Below, one piece after another: positions 54,558-64,000 of a stretch of DNA of 64,000 nt. The number at the start of each line of letters is the position of its first letter. Position 1 is the first letter of the stretch. Location of the stretch: positions 3,537 through 67,536 of the forward strand of contig CACKNC010000007.1 of NCBI GenBank assembly GCA_902601455.1, given 5' to 3'. The notes below the pieces were generated by a model. It saw only the letters and a program-made list of their open reading frames with translations, was not told where the DNA came from and did no database searches. Position numbers and translations under genes: made by a program. Origin of the DNA: an uncultured Alphaproteobacteria bacterium. GTDB lineage: Bacteria > Pseudomonadota > Alphaproteobacteria > HIMB59 > GCA-002718135.

Positions 54558-56372
54558 ATGTGCGGTATTGTTGGAATTACAAGCACAGATGATAGTGTCT
54601 CTGACACCTTATCTGGCTTACAAGCTTTGGAATACAGAGGATACGATTCAGCTGGTATTGCTTGTAGTAATGATAATAATTTACATTATCAAAAGAGTAT
54701 TGGAAAAATCTCTAATTTAATTCATCAGTTAAATAATAAACAATTTGAAGGAAAGACAACTATTGCGCATACACGATGGGCAACCCATGGAAAACCACAT
54801 CATTTAAATGCTCACCCTTTTGTAAAAGAAAACTGTGCTTTAGTGCATAATGGAATTATAGAAAATTACGACGAACTTATAAATTCCTTTTCGGTAGATA
54901 GAAATAATCTAGAATCTGAAACAGATACTGAAGTTATTGCTGAGCTGTATTCAAAATTATTAATTAAATTTACTCCCATTGAAGCTTTAATGAATCTATT
55001 TGATAAAATTGAAGGAACATTTGCATTAGCATTTTTAGTTAAAGGGTCGAGTTCAATTTATGCTGCGCGAAAAGGTAGCCCACTTGTTTTAGGACTTTCA
55101 AATAATTCTAAAGCATTGAGTTCCGATTTATTAGGGTTGCCTGAATCTGTTAATCAAACAATATTTTTAGAGGAAAATGATATTGTTGAAATCAATAACT
55201 CTTCTTTTTCAATATTTAACACTAAAGGGGAAGAAGTGGAACGTGAAATTCATTCACATTCGAGTCAAGCTGACTTTAATACTAAAGGTAGTTTCAAACA
55301 CTTTATGCAAAAAGAAATACACCATCAACCAATAAGTATTGAAGATACAGTATTAAACTATTGTGATAAAAAAAATGAGAAAGTTTTACTACCACGTTTT
55401 GACATAGACTTTAATGACGTTTCCCAATTACAGTTAGCTGCTTGTGGTACTGCATACCACGCATGTATGATTGCAAAATATTGGTTTGAAGAAATTGCTC
55501 AGTTGCATACATCAATAGATATAGGTTCTGAATATCGTTATCGAAAAGATTGCATAAAAAAAGAGGAAGTTGGTTTAGTTGTTTCTCAATCTGGCGAAAC
55601 AATGGACACCTTTGAGTGCTTAAAAAAATTTAAAGAAAAAAAATTATATACTATCTCAATTATTAATGTGCTTAAAAGTAGTATTTCAAGAGAGTCAGAT
55701 TATATTCTTCCAACAATCGCGGGACCTGAAATTGGTGTTGCATCAACTAAAGCATTCACATCTCAATTAATTGTTCTGGCTTTACTAGCCTTATATATTC
55801 AACAGCAAAAAAATATTTATGATGAAAAAGATAGATTAATATTTCAATCATTATTTGATTTACCGAAACTTATTCAAAATGTTTTGGAGCAAAATTCGTC
55901 AATTGAAACTGTAGCAAAAACTTTGCGAGATACAAAAAGTATTTTTTATATAGGAAGAGGAACAATGTACCCTCTGGCTCTGGAAGGTGCATTGAAATTA
56001 AAAGAGATAACTTATAAACATTGTGAAGGATACGCTGCAGGTGAGTTAAAGCACGGACCTCTTGCTCTCATTGATAAGGATATAGTGGTGATTGCCCTAG
56101 CTCCTTATAATGATAACTTTTCTAAACTTTTATCAAACATTCAGGAAATAAAAGCTAGGGATGGTAAAGTAATTTTAATTACTGATAAGCTTGGTGCAAA
56201 AAAAGCTCAAAAATATTGTGAAGAAGTTATTATTTTGCCAGAAACTAACAATATAACTTCAGCCATCCTTTATTCTATACCAATTCAACTAATTGCTTAT
56301 CACTTAGGATCAGCCCTTGGAACTGATATTGATCAACCAAGAAATCTTGCAAAATCTGTTACAGTTGAATAA
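54558..56372 (+). CDS. glmS: Glutamine-fructose-6-phosphate aminotransferase
   Basis: MCGIVG, LEYRGYDSAG, HTRWATHG, SQSGET, VASTKAF, PRNLAKSVTVE. Confidence 0.98.
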   Translation: MCGIVGITSTDDSVSDTLSGLQALEYRGYDSAGIACSNDNNLHYQKSIGKISNLIHQLNNKQFEGKTTIAHTRWATHGKPHHLNAHPFVKENCALVHNGIIENYDELINSFSVDRNNLESETDTEVIAELYSKLLIKFTPIEALMNLFDKIEGTFALAFLVKGSSSIYAARKGSPLVLGLSNNSKALSSDLLGLPESVNQTIFLEENDIVEINNSSFSIFNTKGEEVEREIHSHSSQADFNTKGSFKHFMQKEIHHQPISIEDTVLNYCDKKNEKVLLPRFDIDFNDVSQLQLAACGTAYHACMIAKYWFEEIAQLHTSIDIGSEYRYRKDCIKKEEVGLVVSQSGETMDTFECLKKFKEKKLYTISIINVLKSSISRESDYILPTIAGPEIGVASTKAFTSQLIVLALLALYIQQQKNIYDEKDRLIFQSLFDLPKLIQNVLEQNSSIETVAKTLRDTKSIFYIGRGTMYPLALEGALKLKEITYKHCEGYAAGELKHGPLALIDKDIVVIALAPYNDNFSKLLSNIQEIKARDGKVILITDKLGAKKAQKYCEEVIILPETNNITSAILYSIPIQLIAYHLGSALGTDIDQPRNLAKSVTVE

Positions 56373-56421
56373 CTCAATTTTTTTTCTATACTTAAATTTA
56401 TCTTCTATTTCTTCCATTAAA

Positions 56422-56613
56422 TTAATTATACTCCTCGTAAACCTTTTCCCTTTCTAGTCTCTTCATTCCTTTTGTTCGTTCAATGAAATCATTTCTTTGT
56501 TCTCGTGTTTTAAATATAAAAAAACAAACTGTATCAGCACTGTGATAAATGGCTTTTAATTCATCATCAATTTGAGAGAGCTCTTCAGGAATATTAGCTT
56601 TAATACAAATCAT
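56422..56613 (-). CDS. Small hypothetical protein (63-65 aa)
   Basis: Non-overlapping ORF with globular composition; extended -10 (TG-T-TATTAT, 56629-56621) lies 7 nt upstream of the second ATG (56613). Confidence 0.7.
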   Translation of the reverse strand: MICIKANIPEELSQIDDELKAIYHSADTVCFFIFKTREQRNDFIERTKGMKRLEREKVYEEYN

Positions 56614-56652
56614 TATCATTATAATAACACAAGGAAGAGAGGATTAAATAAA

Positions 56653-57387
56653 TTATTTAGTCTTTCTTATATAGTCTATTGATTGTGTAATCATTTTTAA
56701 ATCAGTTTCAATGGATAAGCGGTGATCACTTTCTTTAAGGTAAATAATGTTAACATTTTTACCAGTTACTTTTTTAAGTATTTTCCTAGGCACATCTTCT
56801 TTAACGACATTATCTTTCAAACCATGAATAAGAACTAGCGGTTTTGAATACCGAAAAGGTTTTTTTAGAACTCTATTTTTTTCTGCTTCGATAAAAAATT
56901 TTTTTGTTAGATAATAACCAAAACCATATGAAGTATATTTAGTAATACCTTTTTTTTGAATTTCTTTTTTATTTTTTTTACTTAAGGCATTGTATAAATC
57001 TTTTCCAAAATCTGGAGCAGCAGCCAAACCAATCATCCCTCTTACTCTTTGTGGTCGTGCTTTTGCAGCTAACATCATTAACCATCCACCCATACTGCTA
57101 CCGACGAGGATTTGAGGCCCTTTTGCTACATTATCGATGATATCTAATAGATCTTTTCTCCAATCCGAGATGGTAAATTCTTCAAATTTTCCCTCTGATT
57201 TGCCATGTCCTCGACAATCAAAACGAATAAAATTAAGGTTATTTTTCCTCGCATATTTCTCTACGGCGATTGCCTTAGCTCCATTCATATCGGAATTTAA
57301 GCCATGAATGAAAATGATTCCTAGCCCTCTTCCTTTAAGGGATTTATAGGCAATTTTATGGTTTTGTTTATTCTTATAAAAAGACAT
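56653..57387 (-). CDS. Alpha/beta hydrolase (ABHD10-like)
   Basis: FIHGLNSDM, RFDCRGHGKS, GSSMGGW nucleophile elbow, IHGLKD, DHRLS. Confidence 0.9.
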   Translation of the reverse strand: MSFYKNKQNHKIAYKSLKGRGLGIIFIHGLNSDMNGAKAIAVEKYARKNNLNFIRFDCRGHGKSEGKFEEFTISDWRKDLLDIIDNVAKGPQILVGSSMGGWLMMLAAKARPQRVRGMIGLAAAPDFGKDLYNALSKKNKKEIQKKGITKYTSYGFGYYLTKKFFIEAEKNRVLKKPFRYSKPLVLIHGLKDNVVKEDVPRKILKKVTGKNVNIIYLKESDHRLSIETDLKMITQSIDYIRKTK

Positions 57388-57414
57388 ATTATAGAATACA
57401 AATATTAACTTAAA

Positions 57415-58542
57415 ATGTCATCCTTTAATCTTGTTCAAATTGTTCCTTCTTTAGACTCTGGCGGTGTTGAAAGGGGTACTGTAGATGTGGCTAATTTTTT
57501 AGCTGAAAAAAAAATACAGAACTTTATCATTACTTCCGGTGGTAAAATGATCAAGGAGCTTGATAAAAATTTTACGCATGTTCATCAATTACCAGTAGCG
57601 ACTAAAAACTTTTTTTCTTATCCTTTGATAGCTAGAAAAATTAATCAATTTATTAAAGCCAACAATATTAATATAGCTCATGTTCGCTCCAGAGGTCCTG
57701 CTTGGATGATTAATTTAATGTCAAAAAATAATATTAAAACAATTGCAACCTTTCATAATGTCTATGGGGGAAACTCATATTTGAAAAAAATTTATAATAA
57801 AGGTTTGTCTAAAATGGATCATCTTGTTGCAATTTCTGAGTATGTAAGAGAAACAATTATAAAAAAATATAATCTTAATCCAAATAACATCTCAGTAATT
57901 AACAGAGGTATTGATACAGAATATTTTAATAAATTGCTAGATGATGGGATTAGAGATAATATTATAAATACTCATCAAATTGATACTGCTAAAAAAATTA
58001 TTTTATTTCCTGCAAGAGTAACAAGTTGGAAAGGGCAATTAGAATTTATTGATGTTATAAAAAAAATAGATACCCAAAATATATTAGTACTATTTGCTGG
58101 AGATACAAAAAATGAAAGCTACACAAAGTTAGTTCGAGATAAGATTAAACAAAATAGCCTTGAGGGCGTTTGCAAAATTTTAGGAAGAGTAAACCAGGAT
58201 GAAATGCGAAGTTTATATGAGATAGCTGATCTATCGGTTTCCTTTCCTTTACGAGCGGAGGGATTTGGTAGAACGGTAAGTGAGTCACTATATTCTAAGA
58301 CACCTGTGTTGGCTTTTGACTATGGTGGAGTTAAAAATCAATTGGCAAATTTAAATGAAATATTCAAGGCTAAACATCAAGATTATCAAGCATTACCAAA
58401 AAAAATAGAGAAATTATTAAGTCTATCTGACGATCAAAAAAAAGAAGCATTAGAGGGTGTACAATCATTTATCGAGAGCAATTTTTCAAAAATAAATATG
58501 GTTAATCAATACCTGAAATTATATGAGTCCACTAAGTCCTAA
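57415..58542 (+). CDS. Glycosyltransferase family 4
   Basis: SGGVERGT, HVRSRGPAW, TFHN, RGIDT, ARVTSWKGQ, EGFGRTVSE. Confidence 0.9.
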   Translation: MSSFNLVQIVPSLDSGGVERGTVDVANFLAEKKIQNFIITSGGKMIKELDKNFTHVHQLPVATKNFFSYPLIARKINQFIKANNINIAHVRSRGPAWMINLMSKNNIKTIATFHNVYGGNSYLKKIYNKGLSKMDHLVAISEYVRETIIKKYNLNPNNISVINRGIDTEYFNKLLDDGIRDNIINTHQIDTAKKIILFPARVTSWKGQLEFIDVIKKIDTQNILVLFAGDTKNESYTKLVRDKIKQNSLEGVCKILGRVNQDEMRSLYEIADLSVSFPLRAEGFGRTVSESLYSKTPVLAFDYGGVKNQLANLNEIFKAKHQDYQALPKKIEKLLSLSDDQKKEALEGVQSFIESNFSKINMVNQYLKLYESTKS

Positions 58543-59470
58543 AAAAATATTACTTATTAAGCATGGCTCTCTAGGAGATATTGTGTTTGCACTAGAGCCA
58601 ATTTTAGCAATTCGAAATAAATTTAATAACTCAGTGATTGATTTGGTAACGGAAGAAAAATTTATTCCCTTTTTTAAAAAAATAAAAATGTTTGATCAAT
58701 TCTTGGTTGATAATAGGGTGGGGTTTCTTTCATCATTGGTTCTTGTTCGTAAAATAATTAATGGCAAATATGATTTAATTATTGATCTTCAAAATTCAAA
58801 GAGAACAAATTTTTATCATTTTTTTATCAAAACCTTTTCTAATTCGCATATTTCTGGATCCAGAAGTTTTGTGCATGATCGATATAATATACCAGTTCAA
58901 GGAAAAGAAAGCCCAACAGAGGGTTTATATAATCAGTTAAAGTTTTTAGATATTAATAAAAGTGATCATGATTTTAGTTGGTTAGTATCTAAAAAAGAAG
59001 ATCAAAGTATTGAGAATAAAGATGTTGTCTTGGTCATACCTGGCGTATCAAAATCTGGTCGTGCAAAACAGTGGTCACCTAATAAATATCAAAAACTCTG
59101 TACCTTCTTGGAGTCAAAAGGATATCATATTTGTTTAGTTGGCACTAAACATGATGCTTTATCTTTCCAACCAATTCTTGATGGCTGTAATAATATTATT
59201 AATTTAATCGATAGGTCACCACCTGAGATTATTTATTCGGTTGCCAAAAAAAGTCAGTTAATAATTTCAAATGATACTGGTCCTGGTCACATCGCAACTC
59301 TTAGTAAAGTGAATACATTATGGTTAGCTTTGGATAATAGTGTAACAAAAGCAAATTTAAGTTATCGAGAAAATAGCCATCTGCTTCTTAAAAATAAAAT
59401 GGAAGATTTGAGTGTTAATGATGTTAAGGACTATATTATAAAAAACAAATTGTTAGATAAAGTTAATTAG
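58523..59470 (+). CDS. Glycosyltransferase family 9 (LPS heptosyltransferase-like)
   Basis: IKHGSLGDIV, YDLIIDLQ, AKQWS, ISNDTGPGHIA. Confidence 0.88.
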   Translation: MSPLSPKKILLIKHGSLGDIVFALEPILAIRNKFNNSVIDLVTEEKFIPFFKKIKMFDQFLVDNRVGFLSSLVLVRKIINGKYDLIIDLQNSKRTNFYHFFIKTFSNSHISGSRSFVHDRYNIPVQGKESPTEGLYNQLKFLDINKSDHDFSWLVSKKEDQSIENKDVVLVIPGVSKSGRAKQWSPNKYQKLCTFLESKGYHICLVGTKHDALSFQPILDGCNNIINLIDRSPPEIIYSVAKKSQLIISNDTGPGHIATLSKVNTLWLALDNSVTKANLSYRENSHLLLKNKMEDLSVNDVKDYIIKNKLLDKVN

Positions 59471-60454
59471 TTTTTTATTTAATTCTTTATCATTTGTTTC
59501 TAGAGCTAAATATTCTTTATCCCATGGGGCATATTCTTGTCTAATGCTATTTGGAGAATTATCAGCATCATAGATCACTGCAAGTTTACAAGTTGTTAGA
59601 GAAGCAATATGAGTACATCCACTTTCTGGTGTAATTACATAATCTGCGTGATTTATTAAACTTGTCCAGTTTGCAAAATCAAAGTTATCACATATCAAAA
59701 TATTTTTTTTATTTTTTTGAATGTTGCCAGGTTCCCTTACCATATCAAAAGTTTCAAAAATTTTACTAAATTTATTTTTTGTTGTTTCATCTGTGGTTAA
59801 GTAAGTTGATATATTTTTTTTATTTAATAATTTTAGCAGATCATTAAAATTATCTTCTGAGTAATAATCGTTAATCCATTTTGAAGAGAGATGAATGACG
59901 CATAAAGGTTTATTTTTGTTTAATGTAAATGCATTGTTAAAGGTAAATTTAGTTTGAGTTTTTCTACTTATTGTTACACCGCTTTTTGACACAACATCCA
60001 TCATCATATTAGTTTGGTGGATATTTTTATTTTCTTGTAATGATTTAAATCTATCTATTATTAAAGACTTTGAATAAAATAATTTACTAAAGATTATCTG
60101 ACCAAACTTACTAAATACATTTGAGTTGTACCTCGACTTAAGAATTAGAGAAGATTTGAACTTACTTTTTGAAAAAAATCCCAAACCTAAGCTAAACCAG
60201 CCAGGGCTAAAAGAATAATAATAATCATATTTTTCTGCACTAATAGACTTTGTTAAACTATTGAATGAAGATGATAATTTTGATTTTTCAAATATTTTAT
60301 CAATTAAATTATATTGCATACATATCTTTGAATTTTTTTGTGACGTAATTACATGAATAATAGCCTGTGGATTTTGTTCTTTAATACCTTGAATGACAGG
60401 CAGAGTTAAGATCATATCACCCATACGGTCACTACGTTCAATACAAATTTTCAT
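59453..60454 (-). CDS. Divergent glycosyltransferase family 9 protein
   Basis: RSDRMGDMILTLP, IHLSSKW, ITPESGCTHIAS. Confidence 0.75.
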   Translation of the reverse strand: MKICIERSDRMGDMILTLPVIQGIKEQNPQAIIHVITSQKNSKICMQYNLIDKIFEKSKLSSSFNSLTKSISAEKYDYYYSFSPGWFSLGLGFFSKSKFKSSLILKSRYNSNVFSKFGQIIFSKLFYSKSLIIDRFKSLQENKNIHQTNMMMDVVSKSGVTISRKTQTKFTFNNAFTLNKNKPLCVIHLSSKWINDYYSEDNFNDLLKLLNKKNISTYLTTDETTKNKFSKIFETFDMVREPGNIQKNKKNILICDNFDFANWTSLINHADYVITPESGCTHIASLTTCKLAVIYDADNSPNSIRQEYAPWDKEYLALETNDKELNKKLINFI

Positions 60455-60593
60455 TTATTTATAAATCAACCATTTTTTAAAAACAGACCTTGAATTTAAT
60501 TTCAATTTCATTATATCTCTAGAAAATATGAAAAAAATATTCAATTCCTAATATGCTATTAATAAATAGCTTAATCCACTTAAAATAACAGTT

Positions 60594-61133
60594 TTGGCAG
60601 TAAATTTCAGAGCAAAGAAGAATACCGGTCCAAGGACTAATGAGCAAATCACTGCGAGTGAAGTGCGTGTGATATCCAGTACTGGTAAGCAACTTGGCAT
60701 CATTAGTATCAGAGAAGCTCTAAATCATGCAGAGGATGAAGGTTTTGATTTAGTAGAAGTTTCACCTGAGGCTAGTCCACCAGTATGCAAAATTATCGAT
60801 TATGGAAAATTAAAGTATAGAGAGCAAAAAAGCAAAAAAGAAGCAAAAAAGAAGCAAAAAACTATTGAGGTAAAAGAAATTAAAATGCGTCCTGGAATAG
60901 ATACACATGATTATAATGTCAAAGTTAAGGCCTTGTTAAAATTTATTGGTGGTGGAAACAAAGTAAAAGTTTCTATGCGATTCCGTGGTAGAGAAATGGA
61001 ACATCAAAACCTAGGGTTTGATTTACTGAAAAAGCTAATAGAACAAGTAGTTGAGCATGCAAAAGTTGAGGTCCATCCCAAGTCTGAAGGTAGGCAGATT
61101 ATGATGATTTTAGTTCCACAAGTAGCTAAATAA
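60594..61133 (+). CDS. infC: Translation initiation factor IF-3
   Basis: RTNEQI, DLVEVSP, PPVCKIIDYGK, KEIKMRP, RFRGRE; non-ATG start (TTG at 60594). Confidence 0.97.
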   Translation: MAVNFRAKKNTGPRTNEQITASEVRVISSTGKQLGIISIREALNHAEDEGFDLVEVSPEASPPVCKIIDYGKLKYREQKSKKEAKKKQKTIEVKEIKMRPGIDTHDYNVKVKALLKFIGGGNKVKVSMRFRGREMEHQNLGFDLLKKLIEQVVEHAKVEVHPKSEGRQIMMILVPQVAK

Positions 61134-61143
61134 ATACTAATTA

Positions 61144-61171
61144 TTGATTCTTAGATAAATATCCTTATAAG
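61144..61171 (+). promoter_or_regulatory. Candidate sigma70 promoter for rpmI-rplT
   Basis: TTGATT (61144-61149), 16-nt spacer, TATAAG (61166-61171). Confidence 0.5.
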
Positions 61172-61183
61172 CCCTTAAAACTA

Positions 61184-61208
61184 GCTATGGCCTGCGGGGC
61201 AGCCTAGC
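61184..61208 (+). promoter_or_regulatory. GC-rich bulged hairpin in the rpmI 5' leader
   Basis: GCTA-t-GG-c-CTGC-GGG-GCAG-CC-TAGC pairs fully except two bulges; strikingly GC-rich against the AT-rich intergenic DNA. Confidence 0.55.
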
Positions 61209-61232
61209 AGTAAATTTAACAAGGAGAATAGA

Positions 61233-61433
61233 ATGCCCAAGCTTAAAACAAAAAGTAGTTTGAAAAAACGCTTTTCTAGAACTGGAACTGGTAAAATTAA
61301 GTTCAAGCCTGCTGGTAAAAGACATGGCATGAGCAAAAGATCAAACAAATTTATTCGTAGCACAAAACGATCTGCAATAATGTCACCTGGTGACGCAGCA
61401 CTTATAGATCACATGCTACCATACAATAAGTAG
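61233..61433 (+). CDS. rpmI: 50S ribosomal protein L35
   Basis: [29 protein letters not shown]. Confidence 0.97.
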   Translation: MPKLKTKSSLKKRFSRTGTGKIKFKPAGKRHGMSKRSNKFIRSTKRSAIMSPGDAALIDHMLPYNK

Positions 61434-61442
61434 GAGTATATA

Positions 61443-61796
61443 ATGGCAAGAGTTTCTAGAGGCGTTACAGCAAGAGCAAGACATAAAAAAGTAATTAAAA
61501 GAGCTAAAGGTTACTATGGTAGAAGAAAAAATGTTTTTAGAGTCGCTGTTCAGGCAGTCGAACGTGGAATGCAATATGCATATCGTGATCGAAGAAAGAG
61601 AAAAAGTGATTTTAGAGGTCTTTGGATCCAAAGAATTAATGCAGGTGTAAGGTTGCATGGCATGACTTATTCTCAGTTTATTTCAGGACTAAAAAAATCA
61701 TCTGTAGAAATAGATAGAAAAATTCTAGCAGAATTGGCAGTTAATCAACCAGATGCCTTCAAAGCTCTGGTGGAAAAAGCCCAATCAGCTAACTAG
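61443..61796 (+). CDS. rplT: 50S ribosomal protein L20
   Basis: [36 protein letters not shown]. Confidence 0.98.
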   Translation: MARVSRGVTARARHKKVIKRAKGYYGRRKNVFRVAVQAVERGMQYAYRDRRKRKSDFRGLWIQRINAGVRLHGMTYSQFISGLKKSSVEIDRKILAELAVNQPDAFKALVEKAQSAN

Positions 61797-61827
61797 TATT
61801 TAATTTTTAATAATTTATACTATAAAC

Positions 61828-62889
61828 ATGTCTTTATCAGTTGATTCTGTAGATATTAAAAAAAAGATCGACAATTGTAAAACTATTAAAGAAATAGAAG
61901 TTATACGATTAGAGTATCTTGGTAAAAAAGGATTAATACCATCTGAAATGAAGCTTTTGGGTAAGCTTTCCGTTGATCAGAAAAAAATTAAAGGTCAGGA
62001 ATTAAATAAATTAAAAACATTTATTGAAGATGCGGTTAATGATCATAAAATTTTAATTGAAAATAAAAAGTTAGAAGAAAAATTAAAAAATGAGAGCATT
62101 GATGTTACTCTGCCTCATAATGAAAAAGTTATAGGAAAAATTCATCCTATCTCTCAAACAATTTTTAGTATTATAGAGATTTTTGGTAGTTTAAATTACT
62201 CAGTTGAGGCAGGGCCAGATATTGAAAGTGATTTTAATAATTTTTCTGCATTGAACATACCACCTCATCATCCTGCTCGTGAGATGCAAGATACTTTTTA
62301 TGTCAATAACAATAATGGTGAAGATAATGTTTTGAGAACACATACAAGCCCTGTTCAAGTGAGAACAATGTTAAAATCAAAACCCCCAATAAAAATCATC
62401 GTACCAGGAAGAACCTACCGAAGTGACTCTGACTCCACTCATACACCTATGTTTCATCAGGTCGAAGGTTTAGTAGTAAATAAAGATGCAACTATGGCGG
62501 ATCTAAAATCAACACTAATTTTATTTTTAAAAGAATTTTTTGAAATTGATAATTTGAAATATAGATTTAGACCAAGCTATTTTCCTTTTACAGAACCAAG
62601 TGCTGAAATGGATGTTGCCTATACCAAAAAAAATAATGTGTTAAAAATTGGAGAAGGAGATGATTGGTTAGAAATTTTAGGATGTGGAATGGTAAATCCA
62701 AAAGTTTTAGAAAACTGTAATATAGACTCTTCAGTTTATCAAGGTTTTGCTTTTGGAATGGGTATAGAACGTCTCTCTATGCTTAAATATGGAATAACAG
62801 ATATGCGTGGTCTATTTGACTTAAATCTAAAGTGGTTAGATCATTATGGTTTTTCTCCATTAGATTTAAAAACAAGATCGGAAATTTAA
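61828..62889 (+). CDS. pheS: Phenylalanyl-tRNA synthetase alpha subunit
   Basis: HPAREMQDTFY, LRTHTSPVQ, THTPMFHQVEG, RPSYFPFTEPS, GFAFGMGIER. Confidence 0.98.
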   Translation: MSLSVDSVDIKKKIDNCKTIKEIEVIRLEYLGKKGLIPSEMKLLGKLSVDQKKIKGQELNKLKTFIEDAVNDHKILIENKKLEEKLKNESIDVTLPHNEKVIGKIHPISQTIFSIIEIFGSLNYSVEAGPDIESDFNNFSALNIPPHHPAREMQDTFYVNNNNGEDNVLRTHTSPVQVRTMLKSKPPIKIIVPGRTYRSDSDSTHTPMFHQVEGLVVNKDATMADLKSTLILFLKEFFEIDNLKYRFRPSYFPFTEPSAEMDVAYTKKNNVLKIGEGDDWLEILGCGMVNPKVLENCNIDSSVYQGFAFGMGIERLSMLKYGITDMRGLFDLNLKWLDHYGFSPLDLKTRSEI

Positions 62890-62895
62890 GCAGTT

Positions 62896-64000
62896 ATGAA
62901 ATTTACACTAAGTTGGCTAAAAGATCATTTAGATACAGATAAAGATCTTGATACAATTGTTGATACATTAACAAACATTGGTCTTGAAATTGAAAGCGTT
63001 GAAGACAAATCAAAAGATTTTAATGATTTTACTGTTGCTGAAGTGCTTAAAGCTGAGATGCATCCTGATGCAGATAGGCTTAAAGTTTGTACAGTAAAAT
63101 CTATTGATGGAACATTTCAAGTAGTATGCGGCGCACCTAATGCTCGAGAAGGAATGAAGGGTATTTTTGCTCCAGAGAATAGTTTTATTCCTGGGACTAA
63201 AGTTAAATTAAAAAAATCTAATATAAGAGGGGTAGAGTCCTGCGGTATGCTTGTTTCAGAGAGAGAAATGGGAATATCTGATGAGCATGATGGCATAATT
63301 GAAGTTGACTTAAAATATCCAGTGGGGGAAAAGTTTATTAAAGTATTTAATCTTAATGATCCCGTTATTGAAATAAATATTACACCAAATAGAGGAGATT
63401 GTCTTTCTATCAGAGGAGTGGCAAGAGATTTAGCAGCCACGGGATTGGGAACTCTAAAAGAAAATATATTGATTAAAAATATTGAAGGGACCTTTGATAG
63501 TCCTGTTAAATGGGAAAAAGATTTTACTGGGAAAGAGGAATATATTTGTCCTGGTGTAGCAGGAAGGTATTTTAAAAATGTTACTAATAAAGAAAGCCCT
63601 AAATGGTTACAACAAAGATTAAAAGCAATTGGCCTTAGACCAATTTCTGCTCTTGTTGATATCACTAATTATATTACCTATGATTTAGGAAGGCCTCTGC
63701 ATGTGTATGATGCAGATAAAATTAGTGGAAACCTAAAAATGCGTTATGCTAAAGAAAATGAAAATTGTCTAACTCTTGATGAAGAAAAAAGAGAATGTAC
63801 AAAAGATATGATCGTTATATCTGATGATAAGCAACTACATGGCATTGGTGGTATTATGGGGGGTCTTGATAGCAGTTGTAGTTTAGACACAAAAAATGTT
63901 TTCCTTGAAACTGCTTTATTTGATCCAATTTCAGTTACTAAAACAGGAAGACATCTTAAATTACAAAGTGATGCAAGATATAGGTTTGAAAGAGGTATAG
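62896..64000 (+). CDS. pheT: Phenylalanyl-tRNA synthetase beta subunit (runs off window end; absent from the ORF track)
   Basis: ATG 62896 gives MKFTLSWLKDHL; HPDADRLKVC, VVCGAPNA, IRGVESCGM, ITPNRGDCLSIRGVAR, DARYRFERG. Confidence 0.96.
   Translation, partial: MKFTLSWLKDHLDTDKDLDTIVDTLTNIGLEIESVEDKSKDFNDFTVAEVLKAEMHPDADRLKVCTVKSIDGTFQVVCGAPNAREGMKGIFAPENSFIPGTKVKLKKSNIRGVESCGMLVSEREMGISDEHDGIIEVDLKYPVGEKFIKVFNLNDPVIEINITPNRGDCLSIRGVARDLAATGLGTLKENILIKNIEGTFDSPVKWEKDFTGKEEYICPGVAGRYFKNVTNKESPKWLQQRLKAIGLRPISALVDITNYITYDLGRPLHVYDADKISGNLKMRYAKENENCLTLDEEKRECTKDMIVISDDKQLHGIGGIMGGLDSSCSLDTKNVFLETALFDPISVTKTGRHLKLQSDARYRFERGI

Noticed and set aside
60528..60588. Short upstream ORFs (MKKIFNS, MLLINSLIHLK) before infC as leader peptides
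   Set aside because: No attenuator structure or informative codon run; expected by chance in AT-rich DNA
63117..63665. 182-aa minus-strand ORF
   Set aside because: Antisense shadow of pheT, which the ORF track missed because it runs off the window

Overview
Very AT-rich, gene-dense core-genome segment of a streamlined alphaproteobacterium. Gene order and RegBA/ChvIG/NrnC content point to Alphaproteobacteria; a marine oligotroph lifestyle is inferred from compaction, and the exact taxon cannot be determined here. It runs from the 3' end of infB through rbfA-truB-rpsO-pnp, fab genes, coaBC/ubiE/mutM, rpsT-dnaA-dnaN-recF-gyrB, regBA, polA, a class I ribonucleotide reductase (RNR) cassette, chvIG, ahcY-metK, tsaE-amgK-murU-trxA, folC-accD-trpABF-pyrF-ihfB-rpsA-cmk-aroA, lptBAC-kdsD-nrnC, gltDB-glmS, LPS glycosyltransferases and infC-rpmI-rplT-pheS-pheT (partial). 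No rRNA, tRNA, CRISPR or mobile element was seen. The standout is the nrdA-nrdB-grx cassette (23037-27048). It is a eukaryote-like (NrdAe-type) RNR whose R1 carries two ATP cones that look to be of different ancestry. Its R2 has Glu instead of Asp as first metal ligand but keeps the radical Tyr. Its glutaredoxin ends in an R2-like docking tail (SFEEDF vs NrdB SFDDAF) and sits in frame directly behind the nrdB amber stop. The cassette is preceded by tandem NrdR boxes and an alphaproteobacterial LexA box. Secondary signals are many apparently leaderless genes, clean local absence of addAB, hprK/PTS, rpoN, ubiB and dut from their usual loci, and an Arg-codon usage shift at gltB-glmS. All family assignments are by motif recognition by eye; no searches were run.
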